Assembly: GCA_002269645.1 (NCBI GenBank)
Contig: NIVC01002309.1
Span: forward strand, 76,921 to 140,920
Origin: Macrostomum lignano
Lineage: Eukaryota
Direction: 5' to 3'
DNA length: 64,000 nucleotides
The position numbers and the translations under genes were made by a program. How positions within the stretch are numbered: the stretch's first letter is position 1; each line of letters opens with the position of its first letter. This document shows, in pieces, positions 10,503 through 23,359 of the stretch. The notes beneath the pieces are model-generated. The model was not told the DNA's origin. It ran no database searches and saw nothing but the letters and a program-made list of their open reading frames with translations.

Positions 10503-12846
10503 TCCATGAGTGAAAATTACTAACAAGATTCGATTAAAACATACCCAAAGTTATATGAAATAGTCAATAGATTTAAATAAACATTACAAAATAGCTGTGA
10601 TGTTTTAATTTTAGTGAGTTACTTTCAAAAATATGTACATTAAATTAATTTAAGGATGCTAATATGATTACTAATCATTAAAGTTTTTAAGCTTGGAACT
10701 AAAATGCCAAATGCAACTGCAATTTAGATGCTTATTAAAAAATTAGAATAAATCATTATAATGACAATGCCTAATCAAGACCTTGTAGCTAGCAATATGC
10801 CTAAAAAACTGAAACTGATATTTTAATCAACTAGCTCTAGTTTACATAAAATTTAAAACATAACCAATAGGAACTATTATATTTTATTAGGATATTTCTA
10901 GGCAAATTATAAAAAATTTTTAATAACCAAGACTTTATAAACCTAGCCATTTATTTATAAAAACTAAATAACATATAGATATAGCATATAGTCATAAATC
11001 TTAGTTCTAAAAAATCTCAAATATGTTATCATCTAACCCCTAATATGCTTGTAGCATACTGCTAATAAGTGATAACTTAAACATTCACTTATCATTTTGT
11101 ATTTCTTCACTATATAATAACAAATGATAAACAAACTACTGCCATTGGATTTAATATCATTAAAAGTTAAAGGTTCTTTATAAGAAATCAATTGTTAGGA
11201 TATAGAATATAGAAAATTAGATATGACAAAAGATATAGATTTGGAAAGATTTTCGTTAGTATTGGTTTGGTTTGGTTATATTATTAAAAAAACTATAACA
11301 CATATTTATACAGAAAAAATTAGTACAAGAAAGCTTTTTACTTATATTGAATTTTAATATATATATTATAAATAAAGTAATATCTACAAATGATTTAATT
11401 TAATATACAACATAAAAAAATACTTTTTAATATAAAATAGGCCTAATAATATATTTTTAGGCTATTTTATATTTTTATGTCAATTTGTTATATAAATAAA
11501 AACAATATGGATGAACCAAACTTATTTAACTTAAATAACCTATTTAATTTCTAATATAATTTTTTTTATTGCTGCAAGTTAGGTATATTTTAAGGAAAAA
11601 AGGCTTTTTATAGGCATATAATAATATTAATTTATAAATACTTAAAGGATAATCATTTTCTTATTATTGCTTTAGTATTAAAAACCAAAAACAATTTACA
11701 ACACTCCAAATAATATTGGACAATTTATAAATAGGCCTAAATCATAACTGGTAGTAGTACTTATAGGTCTAGTAATATAATGCCAATGACAATGGTTAGT
11801 ATATATATAACTTATAAGTGACATTAATACATATAGATATGCATATTTGCTAAAAATGCATTAGACCCTAGGCCTCTATGATGCTATCAGTTAAGGTGGC
11901 CCTGACAAAGGCCATTTTAGCAAAAGCAGCGCCATTTTATAATAAGTCTGCACTCTTTTTCTTTCCTTGCCTCTACCAAGTTCAAGCCATGCCACTGCTA
12001 AGTTCCTTGCCAAAGAGAGTGCTGTCTCTGTAGGCCTACCATTGCCATCATACCATTACCACTTCATCGCCATAGCCTATTAGCTATTTATCACCATTAT
12101 TGTTGCTTGCTGCAGTGTCCAAAATACCATAGTTCTGGATTTAGCATCAAATCAGGCCCAGTTCTACTCTTTTATTGCCAACTAGAATCTATAGCAAGCG
12201 AGCTTATAACCAAATAAATAATTGCTAAGTCTGAGTGCTACTGCAACAGCTACACCAATTGCCTCAATTGTTATTGTCTTTGTCATTTAATCTGAAGACT
12301 ATTGTCATAATCATCACACTAGTATGCCAAAATAGATAGAAAACCTATTTTAGCATACTAAGTATAAAGAACACCTGCCTATATGCCATAGTTGGGATTA
12401 TATCAATATATTAGTGTATGCTGGGTTTAATGCCAGAAAAGACCTTATTTGTATGCCGGGTTTTTGAGCCAATATAAAAAAATTGTCATTGACACAATGT
12501 TTCCACTATGTTATGTACACTAGGATATAAGCTGATATATGCCAAAAAATGGCAAGTAGGCCTACCTTGTTGTATGCCGGGAAATCCCAATATAGGCCTA
12601 CATGTTGCTTTCCAAACTATGGCCAATATGGCCAATATAGGATATAGGCTAGGCCTACATATGCTTTGTTGCAATCTATTAGTTGCATTAGGACTATCTT
12701 ATTCAAGTTTTTGATATTGCATTCATTAGCCCATACTTTTAAAAATCTGTGGTATATAGGACCAATACTTAGTTATCTGTTAGGCCTATCTCACTTATAT
12801 CAGTAATAACTCAGAACTCAGAACCTAATTAATAGGACATAGCCAG

Positions 12847-13716
12847 TAGAGCTGTCAAAATTAGAGATTTTATTTGAGACAAGATTTGAGACGAGAAAGG
12901 CTTATAAGTCGAGAATTTCGAGATGAGACAAGACAAAGTAAATCTAAAAAATAAATTTCAGAATTGCATCTTGTCTTGCTCTTATCTTGCCTTATCTTGT
13001 CTTAAATTTCTTGATAAGATACAATTCTAAAATATATTTTTTAGATTTTCCAGAATACTTTCTTAATTCTAGTTTAAATTCTTTGCTATTTATTCATAAG
13101 AATTTATGCTTGTAGCCATACATGCGCAACCTAGGGATTCACCCGGCCGTTTCTATTGGCAACACACACATGTAAGTTGCTATTGGCTGAGAGCATTCAC
13201 GTGACTACTATTCTGTCCAATAGCGACTTACATGTGTGTGTTGCCAATAGAAACGGCCGGGTGAATCCCTAGGTTGCGCCCAAGCATGCTTGTAGCATAT
13301 AGGCCCTTGGCCCTACTATGTCTATTACTAATTCGTCAAAAGACCTGTGTAGATTGTCTTCAAGTCTGTTATGATACACCTTGCTGCAGAACTAAAATGA
13401 TAACTAAAAGAGCGCATATGCAATGCAAACTCATATATAATGACATTCGTTAAATAACTGCTCGACATTGGCTAGATTTTACCATTTGAAAATTGCCCTA
13501 TCATGTGTGTTACAACAAACAGTTTTATTTATATGAAAATTTGCTCCCTTTTTTATATCTTATCACTTAAAAGCTTTTGAAAAAAGGTATTAGAAAAATT
13601 CTAATTCTTGAATCTCGTCTCGAATTTCTGGACGAAATTCGAGATTTCTCGAGACGAGAAAAAATGTCGAGATCTTGTCTCGAATCTTGTCTCGTTGAGA
13701 TCTCGTGACAGCTCTA
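12847..13716. mobile_element. Non-autonomous hAT-like DNA transposon (MITE)
   Basis: 11-bp TIRs TAGAGCTGTCA/TGACAGCTCTA, a perfect 8-bp TSD ATAGCCAG (12839-12846 and 13717-13724), and subterminal GAGACGAG/GAGACAAG motif clusters. No ORF. Confidence 0.9.
13124..13279. repeat. Long near-perfect inverted repeat (foldback) nested in the hAT MITE
   Basis: The arm GCGCAACCTAGGGATTCACCCGGCCGTTTCTATTGGCAACACACACATGTAAGTTGCTATTGG is matched by its reverse complement with one mismatch. The loop is about 30 nt. Confidence 0.92.
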
Positions 13717-14020
13717 ATAGCCAGTCAACTCACTCACTAGTATAAGTTGCACTTTAAAACAAGTCTGGTATTATTGCCAATTTTGAAGTAGGCCCTACTG
13801 AAATACTGAAGTTGGGAATCTAATTTCTAAGCATATTGGCCTATATAGAAAAAAACAAATAGCAAAATGCTATACTAACTTTAGGCCCCTACTCTAGATT
13901 TTAGTCTTACTAGTAAGAGTCTTACTTAGTCATAGGAGGGAAATATCGAGAAATTAGGAAGAGAAAGAGAAATTATGTTTGAGACAATACAGTAATAGGT
14001 CTAATTATTCATAAACCCAT

Positions 14021-14910
14021 GTTAGACTCAACAGCACTTGAGTCTAATAAAATAAACATAATAAACATAAGTATAAAATAATACTTGATTCATCTCTAAT
14101 AAAATGACGAACAAACCGAGTTTTGCTTCTGATAAGGATCTGTTAAAAACTTGCCCGACCATGGTCTTGCCTTTCTATGGCAACTGCTCTAACCTATTGA
14201 AGAAGAAAATTGAGAAAAGCTTCCATAAATTCTTTAACATGCCTATTAAGATTGTTTTCCGCACTGCTAAGCAGCTAAGGTCGGCCAATACATTAGTAGA
14301 CTGAAATCCCATGTTCCTCTTGCTCTGGCGGCAGGTGTTGTGTATAAGTTCTCTTGTTCTGTTGACCAGAACATTACCTATATAGGTAAAACTAAAAGGC
14401 ACTTGTACACCACAGTCAGAGAGCATTGGTTAAAAAGGTCGGCTATCCAAGACCACCTGCTCTGTTGCAACAGTTGTTGCGAAATTAAGCAAACTCAGCA
14501 GTTTAAAATTATTAATCGGTGTAGAACTGATTTTAGGCTCAACATACTTGAATCCATGTACATTAAAGACCAAAAACCTAATCTGAATATTCAGCTCTCC
14601 CATAGTGGTGCAGGCCATTTGCTCAAGGTATTTCTAATCTAAGTAAAGGCACTAGTCTGAACAATGTACTTGCAATCTATGCTTAACATTTTTTGGAAAA
14701 TTCTGCCTATGACATGCCCTTTGGACTGTACAGTTAACATTTGTTCACTTATAAAGTTGTTGTGTGAGTTAAAAATACACCAGACCCTGAAGATGGTCAT
14801 TGTTGGACAGAAACGCGTCGGAAAAAAGAATTTATTATAATCTATGTTGATTTTAACTTTTGTATTTCTCTGCCTGCTAAAGCGTGCTACCTTACCTCAA
14901 CAGCACTTCT
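14021..14910 (+). mobile_element. 5'-truncated, frameshifted Penelope-like retroelement (RT-EN linker plus GIY-YIG endonuclease plus 3' UTR/pLTR)
   Basis: Linker MVLPFYG...IKIVFRT, a frameshift near 14295, then GVVYKFSC...YIGKTKRHL..VREH...LESMYIKDQKPNLN (PLE-type GIY-YIG). A hammerhead motif follows downstream. CTCAACAGCACTT occurs at both ends (~14027 and ~14896). Confidence 0.88.
14785..14821 (+). ncRNA. Minimal type I hammerhead ribozyme motif
   Basis: CC-CTGAAGA-(TGGTC attgttg GACA, stem II)-GAAA-CGCG-TC-GG. The core boxes CUGANGA and GAAA are intact, stem III is the palindrome ACGCGU, and the predicted GUC cleavage is after 14819. It lies in a PLE 3' region, as established for PLE hammerheads. 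Confidence 0.75.
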
Positions 14911-17573
14911 CCGTCACGCCTCGTTCTCTCTATACAGAAATACAGTCCTGGACAAGGACAAGGGACAACCAAGTAGGCATCAGTAAAAACCACCATTAAA
15001 AATAAAAAAATAAAAAAATTGTATTCGATTTTTGTCCTACTTTCGCAGCCCCTTTGTGGCAAAAGTAACGTCTAATTTTATAAGTGTAAATAAAATACTG
15101 TAAATAGCATTATCAAGAAGCTTTAAAATATTTAAAAGCCACTAGTTAAAAATAACCTTGTTATATTTTGATATTCTGCGAAAAAAGTAACAAAATTTAA
15201 ACGTACCGTTTCATTGCAGCGTTAATCATGCGGGTCGTTCTCAAAGCTAGGTCACAACTTTTTGTTATTGCAAAAAAAGTTTATACATCGACCAATAATC
15301 GTACAAAAAAAATTATTTCGACAATTTCTGTAAGAAGCTGCTACTAAAACCACAAGAAAACTTGAAATTGAGAAGAAATCAAGGCTATTTGTTATTCTTT
15401 GTTGCGGAAAATAAACGACAAAAATATTAAAGAGAAAATAAAATTTTCTTCTATTTTTATTTTAAATATGCAGTTAAATTTCTTTTGCAAAAATAAAAGA
15501 ACAAGAAATTGACAAAGGAAATGTTTTTGAGCACAGCATTTTGTTACTCTGCTCTAAATCCCAGACATTTAAAATTATCGTGTGCGAAAAAGTGCGAAAT
15601 TATTATAGCATGCACTCGAAAGGACTTCGATCAGTTTAACTAATCACTGAATTAAGAAGTCTAAATAAGTCTTGAAAAGTTGAATTAAAAATCAAGTTTT
15701 CACTATGTATCTTTTCAAAGTCAAGATGATTCGACAAATAAAGAATGTTCATTTTTACGGTGAATAGAATTGTTCATTTTTACATTAAATATAATAAAAT
15801 CTAACTAATAATAGAAAAAGTCAGGGAACTATCCTTGAACACCAAAAAGCACATTGTGGATTTAATATCAACTGCATGTTCCTTAATAAAGGAATTCGGA
15901 TTCTAGTATATATTTGATTATTTGTAGCATAATTTCTGAAAACTATAACTTGCTTGATTTTACTTTAAGTACTTATTACATTAATACTTATACCAAAGCT
16001 GCATGTACTTAAAATAAAAAATTATAGTTACTTATTAGACATTTTACTCCAATTAACTTAAAATAATTCAAATTTATTTTAATCAATTCATTTTTTGAAA
16101 CTTTTTGGAAAATAGACAAAATTGAATTATTTAATTACCAAAAACCTACTAGCTTAACTAAAATAGCAGTTAATCTTTAAAAAAAGATTTCACTTGTTAA
16201 TTGAGAAAAATGAGGGTGTGCGAGGTGTAAAAATGCGAAAGAGCATGCAGGAAACAGAGACAAACAAAAATGTAGGTAAAAGACACTGCACATGCACATA
16301 ATATGATAACCAGACATAATGCGCACACTGAAACACCAGTAGCAATGACGCCCAAGCTTTTGATGATCACAAGCGAAAAGGCAAAACCCAGCCATCAATC
16401 AAAGAAGTAGACTATAGCACGCATCTTGAGTGCATCACGCATTTTTTGCAGAGAAGCTCGAAAATTAACATTGTATTCTGTGCACAACCACCAACTGCGA
16501 CAGGGTCTGCCGGGGGATTTGTGGGCACGCGGTCGCGGATACAAATCGGAGGAGTCGCTGACCATTCTGAAATTACTAGCTAGTACATGTAATTTTGTGT
16601 ATTAATATATTTAGCCCGCTTTATTTCTATGCTCTCGTCCGCCTCTCGTTAATGCATCCCCAGACTCATGGAATAATCAAACTTATGATCGAACTATGCA
16701 TGGCTTCCGTCCCTCGCTTTGAATCTCTCACCTCCCCATAGTTCCATCAACCTTACCGTAGTGGCTTCCTATGCAAAAATCATCCCTCCGCATCTTACAC
16801 AGGCTACTTCAGGCTGTAGACTGTACTACACTATTAATTAGTTGCGCTAAGGAATCTACATGTATTTTGCTCGCAGCGCAACGCGCTGCTCAAAGAAGTT
16901 TAGATCTATCTAGATATTCTAGTAATTTCAGGTTTGTCCATAGACTAGAGCTCATGAGATGAGAATTCCATTAACTAGTACATTTAATATGAATGAACTG
17001 CGTGTGTGTGTGCTGTGCATACATATGTATAATATACGAGTAGTTTATGGGCCAAATTATTGTGTGGCACAATTCTTGGCATCACTCAGCAGGCACAAGA
17101 TGCAGTTAAGCAGCGCACGAAAATTCTACAAAAGAAATTGAGCCTGGTTGAGGTGATGCGAGGAGGCAGATCCACACAATCTCAGTGAATACACCAGACT
17201 GCACCAGATACGAGTCCAGTCGAATGTGCGCACTGGTCTAAGCAGCACACGCATGTCCTTCTGACAATGACGGCACCTAGCTTCGTCCAAGCCTTTGCCA
17301 GCGTCACTGACAGCGTCAATACTACCATGCAGTGCCACCTGCAGCACCGACAACGGCAATTCCTCCAGTTAGCCCACAACAGTGGCTAAACTGAGGGACA
17401 TGGAACCTACCCGCAGAAGACACACACATACACACACAGCACCGGCAGCAGCACTCTGACAGCATAACCTAAAGCTCCATGAGCTCAGTTTTCAAGCATT
17501 GAAGAAGCAGAAGCAGTCATCTTGAATCCAGGGATCAGGAAGAGTGTTGCATGTCCGACATGTGCTGTTTCCG

Positions 17574-18854
17574 CAGTGTTGGGCACTTCCGTTACCGAGT
17601 AACTTGTAAATGGTAACGCAAGTTACTTTTTCGTAAAGCGTTCCTTACGCAAGTTACTTTCCTATTTTGGTAACGGAGTAACGGTAAGTTACTCAAATTT
17701 CGGAAGTCCGTTACAGTTACTTTGCAACAATCGCAATATTTAAATTTAAAACTGATATGCTTAGCTATTACTCTAGTTGTCACATTTTTAGCATTTTTCA
17801 TTCCTAAATTCAAAACTAAGTGAATAATATCATACGGTATTACGCTGTAATTAATAAAGAAATACTTGAAACATGTTTTTACTTTGTTATTTTCGGTAAA
17901 ATATTTTTGCTTTTCGTTTTTAAGTTAATAAAAATATTTTGTTTAGTTCTTAGAAACAAAAAACCAAAGAAAGAAATTCATCTGTAGTCTCCACAAATCC
18001 ACTCAGTGATCGACGTAGCCAGGAATTTTAATTGGGGGGGGGGGCGGGTTGGCCTGGCTGGCCATGCCTCATGCCATTGCCACTTTTAGCGCCGCAGGCA
18101 CTCATTTTAGCGCCGCAGGCACTCATTTTAGCGCCGCAAGCACTCATTTAAGCGCCGCAGGCACTCATTTAAGCGCCGCAGGCACTCAATCGCCTCATGG
18201 TTTTTGGTACCCGCCACGCCCAACCCCACCCCCCCCCCAGGTGGGGTGTCTTGCAGGTGGGGTGAAGTTGCCGCCCCAACGATTGTTAAGGCGGCCTCCC
18301 TGGCTACACCACTAAAGTCCACTGGCACTGCACTGCACTGCACAATAATTTAATATTAATGATAATAATTGAAAATAAATAAAAAGACTAGTAAAGCAGA
18401 CTATAGAGTGGAGTAAAGCCAGGTACTTATTACGAGCGATGTATTATCAAGGCCAACTGAAGTTACGTTAAGTTGTCCTTGTGTATTATAACTTATAATG
18501 TTATTAAAAATTAAATTGCGTTTTGCCTTTAACGTTTCTGACCTTCAGCTTCTTTTCTTTTTACGGAAAGGGCCTAAAGAGATTAAAATTTAATACAGTT
18601 ACTGAAATTAATGTTGTTTTATTCTTCCTCCTGGCTTTCGCGATCATTTGTGCTGTTCCAGCGCATTTGCAATGTTAAAAAAGCAGAAAATTTTGTTAAT
18701 AACATAGGTAACGGAAGTAAGTAACGGAAGTAACTTAAAAGTTACCGGGTTTTTGTATAAAGTTACTAGGCTAACGTAAGTTACTTTTTGAAAAAGTGGT
18801 AACTTGAGTTACAGTAACGCAAGTTACTTTTTTTGAGTAACTTGCCCAACACTG
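17574..18854. mobile_element. Non-autonomous hAT-like DNA transposon (MITE)
   Basis: 12-bp TIRs CAGTGTTGGGCA/TGCCCAACACTG, a perfect 8-bp TSD TGTTTCCG (17566-17573 and 18855-18862), and subterminal GTAACG/AGTTAC repeats. Confidence 0.92.
18004..18314. mobile_element. Small MITE nested in the 17574-18854 element
   Basis: Imperfect TIRs CAGTG..CGTAGCCAGG / CCTGGCTACACCACTA, flanking near-duplication AAATCCACT/AAGTCCACT, and an internal 21-bp repeat CATTTTAGCGCCGCAGGCACT. Confidence 0.75.
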
Positions 18855-20773
18855 TGTTTCCGTGGCAAAAGGTGATGGAGCAAATTAATCAACACTTACT
18901 ATCTAGCTCGTATTAAGACTAAAAAACTGAGGCAAGCTGGGATTAAACCAAAGAAAATTTTTTACTATACTTTTTTACCATATACTTTTACTATACTTCT
19001 ATAGTATAGTAGAGAGGTACTCTATTTAAATGCAGTAAGAAGTGAAACAAATTTATATATTTAATTATTAAAATTAAATTAATTCAAGGTAAATAACTAA
19101 TTTAACCAATTTATTAGAAGTATTTAATATTTTAATAAATTGATTTTTATACCTTACACGAAATAAGCTCTACATTCATTTCTTAGCTTGGGGCCATCTG
19201 TATAAGGTCAGTTTCTTCAAAATGCTGATTAATTAATTAAGGCCTGTTGTCTTTACTTAAATTTATAAGGGCATCTTAGAAGTTAATATTACTATATAAT
19301 ACATGTATAATATTATTACTATATTATAATAATATAGTTGCAATTTTAATGACTATTGAATAAGTCTAAATGCTTCCCCTATTGACTCTAAATATATGGT
19401 ATCTTTACCTTCAGAAAAAATTAGCATAGAATGACTTGATGAAAACAAAAAAAATCATTTCGAGATACACATTTGCTGATCATTCAGGTCAAATTTCAAG
19501 GTCCAGTTTTGCACATGTTTCTCTGTAGCTTGGTTACAAGGATTTTAATAAAAATATAATAAATATGTCCAATGTACTAACTGATACATAGCCAAATTGA
19601 AGTATTTTCAAAAACAAAAAAAATCATTTGCTCAGTTTACTTTACTGGATATCTGTGTAAAATTTCAGCTCAAAAGGTGCTCCATGGAGAATGCTAGTGT
19701 GGTTACAGGATATTTATTTTGTGCTTCAAAGTAGGAGTTTATTGCGATGCATGGTTGCTTTTAATTATTTTTATCAACAATAGTGCTCTATTTCATAACA
19801 ATTTTTTACAAAAAGATAAAAAGACATGTTTTTCTAATTATCTGCATCAAAATGTATCATTTTAAGCGCACATTCTAGACGTCAGCTGAAAAATACATTT
19901 TGTGAGACGCAAAGAGGCTATCCCACCGGAAATGCTAGGCGTACAGTTAAGCGTCTATAAAATCATTTATAGTGCAGTTTATTGAGCTTTAAAAAAATCT
20001 TAAATTAAATTTATATAAGCTTTAATTTTAAATGTAATATAGCAAGGTTTCAACACAACAACAACTTTTTTTTAGCTACAGACATCTTGTAGTACCAAAA
20101 ATTAACATCGGTGAAATGATTGAATTTGAATTTTTTCATCGCTAATTATCGCTTAATACCGCCAGATGATTAAAAAACACTTTTGCATGATAAAGTTTAA
20201 CCCAAAAATTATCTTTATTCACAGATAAAAGTGTCCTATTATTTTCAATATGGCAGTAACAATAGTAAATGTTCGGAAAATTGTTAAAATTTTTGCTCCT
20301 CCTAGAATTTGCGAACGACCCATGCAATTGAACGTAAAAATGGTTTATAGCAATAAAGGACATATCAAAAGTTCGAAACTTAAAATTGACTATTGTTAAA
20401 GAAAGCTTCTGGCATGACAATTCTATTTTTTGACGATATGAAATTTTAAGAGCTGGTACAATTACGTATAGTTTCAAGCTTGTGTGATGCAAATGTAATA
20501 TTTTATTGTTAATTCGTTACCCATAGCTACTCCAATTAAAAATCAGCACTTCTGAGAGCTCAGTAGTAAGTGCCTACGCGAGATCCCCTTATTGTTTAAT
20601 TGTACAGCGAAGTACATAAGTATACATGTACTCTGAAAAAGATTACCGACGAGTCAATAGTATATATGATATATAGTATGTACGTGGTTTAATTGGGTCG
20701 AGGGTTAGTCGAATTTAAACTTTAACGGAAACATTACGTTTGCACACAGTTTAGGCCTGGTGTATGCATGCAT

Positions 20774-23090
20774 ACGGCTGTTCTGCGCGTATGCACCCAC
20801 CGCTGCTGATCACCCGGAGGAGGCTCGTGGCTTCTTCAACTTCCTGGCTGGGCAGCGGGAAGAGGTGCCAAACCGCGACACGCTGGCGGTGCTCGGAGAC
20901 CTGAACACAGTTCCGCAGAGGTCCGAGCGCTCGCCCTTTTCGCGGGACGCGAGAACGCCAACACCGATGCACTAGCTGGAGGACCTGACCGGCTGGACTG
21001 GTGTCCGCAAGCCCCCTGCCCGCCTGGTTACCTTTGCGGACTGCAAGAGAAGGCATCGGAACGCACACGGGCGGAACGCCACGAGGAGACTGGCGCAACT
21101 CGATCATGCGCTGGTTCGCACTCGCGAGCGCCGCTGCGTCACCAACTGCGACACCATGGCTCCACTCTCCGGTCAAACCACCGACTCCTGCTCTGCGACT
21201 TGCGGCTCCGCGACCATCTCTACCGAACGCCAAAGCAGCGGAAACAGCGTTACTATCGCGCTCTGTTGGGCACCCGCGTGAAGCGTCATTTCGCAGGCGC
21301 AGCTTCGTCGCCGCGCTTGGATACCAGTGCGAGGAGGAGTATTCCGAAATCAGCACCGCTGTTTGAGCCGTTGCGGAGCAGACGGTCCAGCCGATGCAGC
21401 CAGCGTAAAAATCGCTGGCTGTCTGGCAGAACGACCCGAACATCAGGCAAGCGCGGCTCAACATTGAGCGACTCCGCAGAAACCAGCAGCCCGCGGACGA
21501 CGCAGAAGACGCGTTTGAGCGCCTTCTAGACAAGCGGCAGCAGGCCGCTTTCGACGACGCCGTCAGGTCCACCACTGCAGCTGGCCCCGACGGTAAAGAG
21601 CCGCCGGTAAAGTCCAGACTCTGACGGGGCGTAAAAAGCGCGTGGCGCTGAATCTGGCCGGCGACACCCCGGAGGAGCGCAGGAATGAATCGCGCGACTT
21701 CTTCGCCGGCGTAGTGAACGCGCCCGCGTTGCCGCTGCCTGTCAGTTTTGCGCTCCCACTGAACACGCCGCTCCCAGCTGAGGGAGGACATCTGCACCAG
21801 ACCAGTCACCATGAAGGACGTTGTGCTGTTCGCTCGGAAAACATCAGGCGACAAGGCGCTCGGCCTCGACGAGGTCCCGGTCGAAGCGCTGCGGCTCCGC
21901 TGTGTGGCCTCCCAGGTCACAGTCGTCATGAACCGCGTGCTCGCCGGCGCTCCTGCGCCCACCGAGTGGACCGTCGTGCACATTGTGCCGATCCCGAAGA
22001 AGGCAGGGACAATGTGGAAAGAAGACCACCGCGGGATCTCGCTAATGTCCTGCACCGCGAAACTCTTCAATCGGCTGCTGCTCGATCGTCTGCATTCGGT
22101 GCTGGACCTGCCTGTCTGACCTGTTCGACACTTCATCACGAGTTTTGCAGAGCGACACGCTGGCGCCGTTTCTCTCCGTGCTGCTGCTGGACTGGGTGCT
22201 TCGGACCGCACTCCCCCTGCTGACGACGGCTTCCTGCTGCGCAGACGCATCGGTCGCCGCCACGGCGCCTAAGCGTGCTTGGCTACGCCGACGACCTCTC
22301 CCTCCTGTCCTCGTCCGTTGAAGGCGCCCAGAGCCAGATCGACTGTTGGTCGAGGTGGCATCGAGCGTCGGACTCGTTGTCAACACGCTGAAGACCGAGG
22401 TGCTGACTGTGCCGGCCGACATCCCAGTGGACCTGACATGCCGCGGCGTAGACGGGCAGACGTCAATGCTCGCACGCTGCCAGCGGTCCACCTACCTTCG
22501 GCGGTCTGGTGCCTCACGTGCATGAAGACCTCCGGCGGCGCAGAGGACGTGCCTGGGCGGCGTTCCGTTCGATCCGGGCCGTCGTCCAGTCCGAAGTGCT
22601 GCCAGAGGGCTCGGCTGTGACAGGCGGTGGTCGAAACCGTCCTGCTCTACAACGCCGAGACGTGGACGCTGACGGCTACACTAGAGCGGCAGCTGGACTC
22701 GGCACACTCAGGGCTTCTCCGTGCGGCCTTTCGAGCTGATGAGAGCGTCGGGACCAAGGCCCTGTACGATCGGGCCAAGCTGCAGCGCCCGTCCATCATC
22801 CTGCGCCGGCGACGACTTCAACGTGATCCACGTGATCCGGGCCGAGGGCTACTGCCCCCAACATGTTCAGGACGTCCTGCTGCTCACCCTGTAGGGCTCG
22901 CTCAGGTGGGGTCAGGCCCAAACCCGTCGATACGTGGACTGCCTCCTACGCGACGCCGGGGCGCCCGACACTGCCAATGGGGCGGACTTCGTTCGCTCCC
23001 AGGCTCTGCGGCGCGCCATTTGACGCACCCTGCTCTGTGACTTTGCTTTCGGGGCTGCGCAATTTGTTGTTGTTTTGTTGTTGTTGTTGT
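20774..23090 (+). mobile_element. Decayed, 5'-truncated RTE-like non-LTR retrotransposon (AP endonuclease plus RT fragments)
   Basis: APE motifs CAYAPT and VLGDLN. RT segments KALGLDEVPVE...IVPIPKK...HRGISLMSCTAKLFNRLLL, VLQSDTLAPFL and YADD (22284-22295). C-terminal VETVLLYNAETWTLT. (TTG)n tail at ~23064-23090. Candidate TSD TGCATGCAT (20765-20773 and 23091-23099). Multiple frameshifts. Confidence 0.9.
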
Positions 23091-23359
23091 TGCATGCATG
23101 CAATGACATCAAATTTTAATGAAGTTTAGGCCCCGTACGTTATAGATATATCTCGTACTGGATCGGAGGACCCACGCATTTGAATTATAGCTTCATCGTA
23201 TATCTAAATCTAATTTTAGGAATTCGGTCTGACCCATAGATGCAGGCAGTTCCATTCACTTAGTTATATATGGTTTATAAATGGTGAGAATATACCGAAT
23301 AAATCGCACGTAATTATGAGTTGTATAAATGGCCAATCATAGCACCGGGTGGAGGATAC

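Noticed and set aside
17126-17379. Short GC-rich ORFs as upstream HDAC exons
   Set aside because: There is no HDAC-like motif and no convincing phase-matched splice pair.
20751-22250. 499-aa minus-strand ORF and other overlapping ORFs in 20751-23129
   Set aside because: They are antisense or alternate frames of the GC-rich RTE element. The recognisable APE and RT motifs are on the plus strand.
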